Assembly: GCA_963676835.2 (NCBI GenBank)
Contig: CAXXFF010000002.1
Coordinates: 928,001 to 992,000, forward strand
DNA length: 64,000 nt
Reading direction: 5' to 3'
Source: Marispirochaeta sp.
GTDB taxonomy: Bacteria > Spirochaetota > Spirochaetia > JC444 > Marispirochaetaceae
Part shown: piece by piece, positions 58,150-64,000 of the stretch
How the letters are laid out: the number at the start of each line of letters is the position of its first letter
Position numbering within the stretch: position 1 is the first letter of the stretch
Notes under the pieces: generated by a model
The model's input: only the letters and a program-made list of their open reading frames with translations
Told to the model about the DNA's origin: nothing
The model's database searches: none
Program-made: the position numbers and the translations under genes

Positions 58150-60000
58150 ATGAGTCTGGCACACATCGAACTGCAGATCTTTGAACTGGGGCTGCTTGTC
58201 CTTGCAGCCTATTTCGGCGGACGGATTGCCCGGAAACTGCAGGTCGGCGAAGTTATCGGCCAGATTCTGGGGGGCATTATTGTCGGCCCCCACTTTCTCT
58301 ACCTGGTAAGTCATTGGCTGCAGGGACATCCGGGGCTATCTGCATTGCCACTTTTTGTCCCGGTCTCCCGCTTTTTTGAAACCCGCTTTACCGATTACGC
58401 TTCAATTATGGAAGATGCCCACTTCTTTGTATTTCTCTTTCTGGGGATTGTGGCCTTTTCTCTGGGTGAGGAACTTCACTGGAACCGGCTGAAGCAGGTG
58501 GGCATCCGGGCTTCTATAATCTGCATTATTCAGGCAGTACTGACCTGGGCACTTCTGGCCCTGGGATTCAGGTTTATATTTCATGCCCCCTGGATTGTTG
58601 CCATGCTTATCGGTTCAATAGGAATTGCAACGGCACCGGCGCTGACCTTTATATTAATGTCAAAGTTCCAGATTGAGGGAAGGCTGAAAAACCTGCTGGC
58701 AAACATAGTTGTGCTTGATGATGTTATCGAAGTAATTGTTTTTTCCATTACCCTTGGAGTTGCCGTCGGCCTGCGGGAAGAAGGGCACCTTTCACCGTCC
58801 CATGTTCTCGCCGAAGTGGGCACAGAGTTTGGACTTGCCCTGCTTCTGGGAGTTCTGCTTTTTGCAGTACTGCGCTTTGCCATACGCAGCTACGACCGGG
58901 ATCATGAAAACAGTCCTGAGCATGCGAACCGGGAGGGCTCACTGCTTTCCACGGTTCTTTCCGATCACCCGACTCCTTCTGTGGAAATCCTGCTGATTAT
59001 CATTGGTGCTATTGCCGTAGTTATATCAACGGCCATGCATTTTAACCTGCCCTTTCTGGTGGTTGCGGTAGTGGCGGGAATCCTTATTGCCAATTATCAC
59101 ACCAATGCCCTGTTCGACTCCCTCAAGCTCAAGGATGTGATGCCTCTTTTCAACCTGCTTTTTTTCGGCATTATCGGCGCAAGTATTCAGATAGAAACCT
59201 TTTCTCTGGACACCATCTTTCTGGTGCTTGGCTACTTTGTTCTCCGTGCAGCGGCAAAACTCGGGGGTAACTGGATCGGCTGTAAAATAACCGGTCAGGA
59301 TTTAAAGGTTACCGCCAGTATTCCCAAACTGATGCTGCCCCAGGCGGGAATGGCTGCGGTTGAGACAATCCTGGTGTCCCGGGTTCTCGGAGGCCCCGAG
59401 GGAGAAATGGTGTTCAATACCATTGTTCCCGCCCTTGTTCTGTTTGAACTTGTGGGCGCCTACCTGTCGGAAAAGACCCTTATACGCTGGAAGGAGTGGA
59501 CCACCGGAGAATCGGATGCCATCCGCGGAATTGAAACATCCTCCGGAGAGAATCAGCCACAGAACAGTCAGATGCAGCCGCCTATCGATCTGGATACCCT
59601 TATGCCCATACCCCTGCAGAGAATTACCGCAGAAGGGGACCTCTCTAAAACGGGTATTATAGATGATCTGATCAACTCGCTTGCTGCAGAGGGTTTTATA
59701 GAAGACAGGGAGTATACCCGCAACGCCATTATCGAGCGGGAGCAGCTTGGTTCGACAGTTCTGATAGATGGTATTGCCCTGCCTCATTGCCGCAGTGAAT
59801 CAATCGATACACCCGTGGCGGTCGCCTGTACCCTGGATACACCGGTGCTCTGGCAGCTGAAACCGGAGAAAAAAGTGCAGCTTGTGTTTCTGATTATCTC
59901 GCCCAAACAGAAACCCGATGAGCACTTGAAGGCGCTGCAGACAATTTCCCATGCCCTGAAGTTCGGCAGATTCAGTAATATGGTTACGGTGCCGGATTAA
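58150..60000 (+). CDS. Cation:proton antiporter (CPA2) fused to PTS EIIA (type 2) domain
   Basis: G.I.GGIIVGP, ATAPA, VLDD, PQAG; C-terminal IEREQLGST..GIALPHCR. Confidence 0.85.
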   Translation: MSLAHIELQIFELGLLVLAAYFGGRIARKLQVGEVIGQILGGIIVGPHFLYLVSHWLQGHPGLSALPLFVPVSRFFETRFTDYASIMEDAHFFVFLFLGIVAFSLGEELHWNRLKQVGIRASIICIIQAVLTWALLALGFRFIFHAPWIVAMLIGSIGIATAPALTFILMSKFQIEGRLKNLLANIVVLDDVIEVIVFSITLGVAVGLREEGHLSPSHVLAEVGTEFGLALLLGVLLFAVLRFAIRSYDRDHENSPEHANREGSLLSTVLSDHPTPSVEILLIIIGAIAVVISTAMHFNLPFLVVAVVAGILIANYHTNALFDSLKLKDVMPLFNLLFFGIIGASIQIETFSLDTIFLVLGYFVLRAAAKLGGNWIGCKITGQDLKVTASIPKLMLPQAGMAAVETILVSRVLGGPEGEMVFNTIVPALVLFELVGAYLSEKTLIRWKEWTTGESDAIRGIETSSGENQPQNSQMQPPIDLDTLMPIPLQRITAEGDLSKTGIIDDLINSLAAEGFIEDREYTRNAIIEREQLGSTVLIDGIALPHCRSESIDTPVAVACTLDTPVLWQLKPEKKVQLVFLIISPKQKPDEHLKALQTISHALKFGRFSNMVTVPD

Positions 60001-60186
60001 TAAATTGGTTTCTCACTATTTCCGGTTATTAAATTGACAGATTTTATTAATATGTTGCCATTTTTTGTGATACCTGTACGTAGTAAATCAAGTCAATAAA
60101 TAGAAAATATTCAGAATATCGAGAGTAGACAAAGCATGTAATACTTTTTTCAGCTTTTTGATCTGACAATACAGATCCTGATTGAG

Positions 60187-60717
60187 TTGGAGGAGTATTT
60201 GAAATCTTTTCTTTTACATTCCCTGGATGCAGTTTACTTACGATTATTAAAATTTATTGAATTTATAATTATGCTTTTCTCATCAATTCTGATACTTGTT
60301 GTCTTTAGCGGGGTTATAAGCAGGTATTTTTTAAATGCCTCACTGGCCTGGTCAGAAGAACTTTCACGGTTTTTATTTGTATGGATAATGCTGCTTGCTG
60401 CTGTTTTGGTCAATGAAAAGTCCGGCCATATGCGCTTTGATTATCTTGTTCAGCATGTCCCCCGGAAAGTTGCATCCTTCATAAGAATAGTGGCTCTTTT
60501 AATAGTTGCTTTGATTTCTCTTGTACTTATCCGGGGAGGCGTAACTATAACACTGGAAAGTACAGATTGGCTTTCGCCTGCTCTCCAGGTCCCTTATGCA
60601 GCAGTTAATTGTATCCTTGTAATTTCATTTACCTTGATTCTTTTTCAAACAATTCGGCGGCTCATTTCTCAGATTATCTCATTCTACAGCGATGTACGGA
60701 AAAATTCTCAGGCATAA
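60187..60717 (+). CDS. dctQ: TRAP transporter small permease
   Basis: SRY...WSEELSRFLFVW...HMRFD, 4 TM helices. Start uncertain. Confidence 0.88.
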   Translation: MEEYLKSFLLHSLDAVYLRLLKFIEFIIMLFSSILILVVFSGVISRYFLNASLAWSEELSRFLFVWIMLLAAVLVNEKSGHMRFDYLVQHVPRKVASFIRIVALLIVALISLVLIRGGVTITLESTDWLSPALQVPYAAVNCILVISFTLILFQTIRRLISQIISFYSDVRKNSQA

Positions 60718-60730
60718 GGGAGCTATTTAA

Positions 60731-62002
60731 ATGTTGATTCTTTTTCTTGGCGGATTATTTACTCTGATTGCAATAAATGTTCCCATCGGTTTTGCTTTGA
60801 TCGGAACATGCATTTTGTTAATGCTCAATATGAGCGGATTTGCACCCCAGACAATTACCCAGGGGGTTTACAGAGGCATAGATAATTTTCCGCTTCTGGC
60901 AATACCTTTCTTTATTTATGCCGGGGAGGTTATGAATGTCGGCGGCATTTCCAGGAGAATAGTTAATTTTGCAGATGCTGTTCTCGGACATATTGCCGGA
61001 GGGATCGGGTATGTCGGCATCCTCTCCAGTATGATTTTCGCTGGAGTTTCCGGTTCTGCAGTAGCGGACACTGCAGCTATGGGATCGATTCTTCTCCCGG
61101 TTATGAAGAAGAATGGCTATGACGTACCTAAAAGTACGGCCCTCATAGCAGCTTCCGGTTGTATCGGACCGATCATTCCTCCCAGCATACCTATGATTCT
61201 TTATGCGGTATACAGCGAAGTATCGGTGGCAGAGCTTTTTCTTGGGGGAATTATTCCCGGAGTTCTCGTAGGTGGAGCCCTCATGGTTGCGTGGTTTCTG
61301 CATAGTAGAAAAATGGGATATCCAAAACGTCAGCGAACACCGCTTAAGGAACTGTTTCAGAAAACGCTTGATGCTTTCTGGGCAATACTTCTGCCATTTA
61401 TCATTATCGGTGGAATTATTGCCGGTATTGTAACCCCGACAGAGTCTGCTGTCATTGCTGTGGTTTATGCTTTGATAGTTTCATTATTTGTCTACCGTGA
61501 AATGAAAATAAGCGATATACCAGCAGTTCTGGTAAATGGGTCAAAGATTGCAGCAACAACTATGTTTGTTGTTGGAGGTGCCGTTGCAACCGGGTATTAC
61601 ATCACCATTGCCCGTATTCCGGAACTTCTGACCCATCTTATTCTATCTTTTACTACCAATATTTATGTAATTCTCCTGCTTATTAATATTTTACTGCTTC
61701 TTGTAGGATGTGTGCTTTCTGTTGGTAGTGCAATTCTTATTCTGACACCGGTTCTGGTTCCGATTATTCTCTCTTTCAATCTGGATCCCGTCTATTTCGG
61801 CGTAATTATGGTTGTCAATTTGTGCCTTGGGCTTATGACCCCTCCTGTTGGTGCAGTTATGTATATAGGGTGCAGTCTTTCAGATATATCCATGGTTCAA
61901 TTTGTCAGAGCGGTATGGCCATTCCTTCTGGTTATGGCGGCGGTTCTGATTTTAATTACCTATACACCGGGTCTTGTTATGTTTATTCCTGGACTGCTTT
62001 GA
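60731..62002 (+). CDS. dctM: TRAP transporter large permease
   Basis: LLAIPFF, SGSAVAD, IIPPSIP, TPTES, TPPVG. Confidence 0.93.
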   Translation: MLILFLGGLFTLIAINVPIGFALIGTCILLMLNMSGFAPQTITQGVYRGIDNFPLLAIPFFIYAGEVMNVGGISRRIVNFADAVLGHIAGGIGYVGILSSMIFAGVSGSAVADTAAMGSILLPVMKKNGYDVPKSTALIAASGCIGPIIPPSIPMILYAVYSEVSVAELFLGGIIPGVLVGGALMVAWFLHSRKMGYPKRQRTPLKELFQKTLDAFWAILLPFIIIGGIIAGIVTPTESAVIAVVYALIVSLFVYREMKISDIPAVLVNGSKIAATTMFVVGGAVATGYYITIARIPELLTHLILSFTTNIYVILLLINILLLLVGCVLSVGSAILILTPVLVPIILSFNLDPVYFGVIMVVNLCLGLMTPPVGAVMYIGCSLSDISMVQFVRAVWPFLLVMAAVLILITYTPGLVMFIPGLL

Positions 62003-62049
62003 TGCAGATGAAACTTGGAATGGCAAATATATTTTATCAGGAGAAAAGA

Positions 62050-63108
62050 ATGAAAAAGGGAGTATTAGTTGTTTTAGCAGCAGTTGTTGCCCTGTCCTTG
62101 GGAAGCTGTATGAAATCCTCAGAAGTCAGTATTCCGAAGGATTCAGCATCGGCTGCAGCTGCGGGAACAGAGCAGTCTGTTATTACTATTCGTGTCGGAT
62201 TGGGAGGTCCGAAAACACTTCCGTCCTATAAGGCTATGGAGGAAATCCTTGTAAATGACCTGGGTGTTAAAACGAACGGACATCTTAAGTTTGAACTGTA
62301 TCCTGCGTCTCAGCTGGGAAGTGATGTTCAGGTTATCGCTGCTGTTCGTTCAGGTGTTCTGGAAATGGCTTCATGCGCTACTGCACCGCTTGTTGGTCTG
62401 GTTAAAGAATTTGCAATCTTTGATACACCGTTTCTTTTTACCAGTGCAGACACTGCTCATAAAATCCTCGATGGTGATATCGGAAATACCATTGTAGACT
62501 TGATAGGAGAAAAAGATATTTATCTGCTTGGCTGGTCTGAGTTGGGTTTCCGGCATCTGACAAACTCAGTCAGAGATGTAAGAACACCTGCTGATATCAA
62601 AGGCCTGAAAATACGGACCATGGAGAATCCCATTCATCTTGCCACCTGGCGGGCGCTTGGCGCCAACCCGACTCCGATGCCTATTTCTGAAGTGTATACA
62701 GCCATTCATCAGAAGGCAATTGACGGACAGGAAAATCCTGTAGCTGCATTTTTTGGATGGAAGATTCATGAAATAAATAAGCACATTTCTCTTACCGGTC
62801 ATGTGTACTCTCCTCAAACCTTTATCTTCAGCAAGAAAATACTCGATACACTTTCAAAGGAAGATCAGGATCTGATCCGGGAATATGTTAAGAAAGCCGC
62901 TCTGCGGGCCCGGGAAATAAACCGTGAGCAGGAAGGTGACTACCTTAGCAAAATCAAGGATTCCGGAGCTACGGTAATTGAACTGACTACTGAAGAAAAG
63001 GCAGCCTTTCAGGAAGCAACAAAGACAATCTGGAATACGGTAGGAGATACCGTAGGGGCAGATTTTATGAACAAATTGAAATCTGAGTTGGCAAAAGCCA
63101 ACGGATAA
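62050..63108 (+). CDS. dctP: TRAP transporter substrate-binding lipoprotein
   Basis: Lipobox LGSC, YPASQLG, GFR, KGLKIRT, GANPTPM, DGQENP. ATG 62050; ORF track starts at 61822. Confidence 0.92.
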   Translation: MKKGVLVVLAAVVALSLGSCMKSSEVSIPKDSASAAAAGTEQSVITIRVGLGGPKTLPSYKAMEEILVNDLGVKTNGHLKFELYPASQLGSDVQVIAAVRSGVLEMASCATAPLVGLVKEFAIFDTPFLFTSADTAHKILDGDIGNTIVDLIGEKDIYLLGWSELGFRHLTNSVRDVRTPADIKGLKIRTMENPIHLATWRALGANPTPMPISEVYTAIHQKAIDGQENPVAAFFGWKIHEINKHISLTGHVYSPQTFIFSKKILDTLSKEDQDLIREYVKKAALRAREINREQEGDYLSKIKDSGATVIELTTEEKAAFQEATKTIWNTVGDTVGADFMNKLKSELAKANG

Positions 63109-63116
63109 TTTTTACA

Positions 63117-63154
63117 GGTGCAGTGGATTTAATTCCGCTGCACCCGATATTTTT
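63117..63154 (+). terminator. Hairpin after dctP (weak terminator or stabiliser)
   Basis: GGTGCAGTGGA / TCCGCTGCACC stem, with a T-run at 63150-63154. Confidence 0.55.
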
Positions 63155-63183
63155 CAAGCAAATCACTTACGAAAGGTCAGAGA

Positions 63184-64000
63184 ATGAGTGCAGATATAAT
63201 CATCAGGAATGGATATGTTATAGATACCTTCGCCGGTGTAGAGGGTATCAAAGATATTGCAATAAAGGGTAACAGGATTATCGATTCATCAGCGGATGAA
63301 GCGGCTTCGGCCGAAGTCGAGATTGATGCAGCCGGTTGTATTGTTTCCCCCGGGTTGATCGACCATCATCTTCATATGAACTATGGTGGGAATGATGCAA
63401 GTGTACCTTCTGATGTATCTTTATTTCCGTCGGGAGTTACAACAGGTGCTGATGCGGGAAGTACCGGTGTCTCGTGTTTTGAATCATTCAGAAGAAACAT
63501 CATAGGCAGAAGTCTCCTCCGAATAAAAGCCTATATTAATGTCTGTTCTGCCGGGATGGCTACGAGGAAATATCCGGAAAATATCGATCCTCAGTTCTAT
63601 GACTTTGAGAGGATTCAGGAAATTGCAGAAAGGTATCCCGATACTTTTGCGGGACTTAAATTGAGGGTCAGTGAGGAGCTAAAAAGAGAATTCAGCAGGG
63701 ATCCGGTGGAGGAAACAATCCGGATGGCAGAGAAGCTTAACTGCCGGATTGTTGTGCATGTTACTAACCCATTTCTGGAATCAGAGAAACTTGCTGAGCT
63801 TCTGCGTCCCGGTGATGTTTTCTGTCACTGCTTTCATGGCAAAGGAAATACCATTATAGCTGAGAGCGGTAAAATCAAGAAAGGGATACAGTCTGCTGCG
63901 GAAAAAGGATTGATTTTTGATGCCTGCAACGGACGTTATAACTTTTCCTTTGATGTGGGGAAAAAGGCGATAGACCAGGGATTTTTCCCCCAGGTGATCA
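63184..64000 (+). CDS. Metal-dependent amidohydrolase (dihydroorotase/deacetylase-like), truncated by window end
   Basis: Not in the ORF track; manual translation gives MSADIIIRNG, PGLIDHHLH, GVTTGADAGSTG, GLKLR, VVH, LRPGDVFCHCFHG. Confidence 0.85.
   Translation, partial: MSADIIIRNGYVIDTFAGVEGIKDIAIKGNRIIDSSADEAASAEVEIDAAGCIVSPGLIDHHLHMNYGGNDASVPSDVSLFPSGVTTGADAGSTGVSCFESFRRNIIGRSLLRIKAYINVCSAGMATRKYPENIDPQFYDFERIQEIAERYPDTFAGLKLRVSEELKREFSRDPVEETIRMAEKLNCRIVVHVTNPFLESEKLAELLRPGDVFCHCFHGKGNTIIAESGKIKKGIQSAAEKGLIFDACNGRYNFSFDVGKKAIDQGFFPQVI

Overview
Gene-dense bacterial chromosome segment of about 50 genes, probably from a free-living anaerobic spirochete. That taxonomy is inferred from the lipoprotein signals and gene repertoire and is not verified. 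No rRNA, tRNA, CRISPR array or transposase was recognised. From left to right: a large lipoprotein with TPR repeats and a CHAT protease domain; an ECF transporter (S, T, A, A') followed by a CX5R phosphatase; an autoregulated NrtR operon (SIMPL protein and a nucleoside deoxyribosyltransferase-like protein); signalling genes (two HisKA_2 kinases, a GGDEF protein, a partner-switching module with two PP2C phosphatases, duplicated REC-PAS genes); a LarA-family racemase; TetR/epimerase; a RelA/SpoT-domain protein; CopA with an in-frame CopZ tail; a glycyl radical enzyme with its activase; a LacI-associated catabolic cluster (GH88, frameshifted Fe-S flavin oxidoreductase, SdhA-fold flavoprotein, SDR, TIM-barrel isomerase, TctCBA, Gfo/Idh/MocA); an RND efflux system; a CPA2-EIIA fusion; and an AT-richer TRAP transporter plus amidohydrolase block running off the right end. 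The strongest unannotated signal is the palindrome TTGCATGCAA. I found it five times, always at promoters, and it links the catabolic cluster to the ECF transporter about 36 kb away as a probable single regulon. The glycyl radical enzyme has an atypical KVAGY loop and unusual substrate-site residues.
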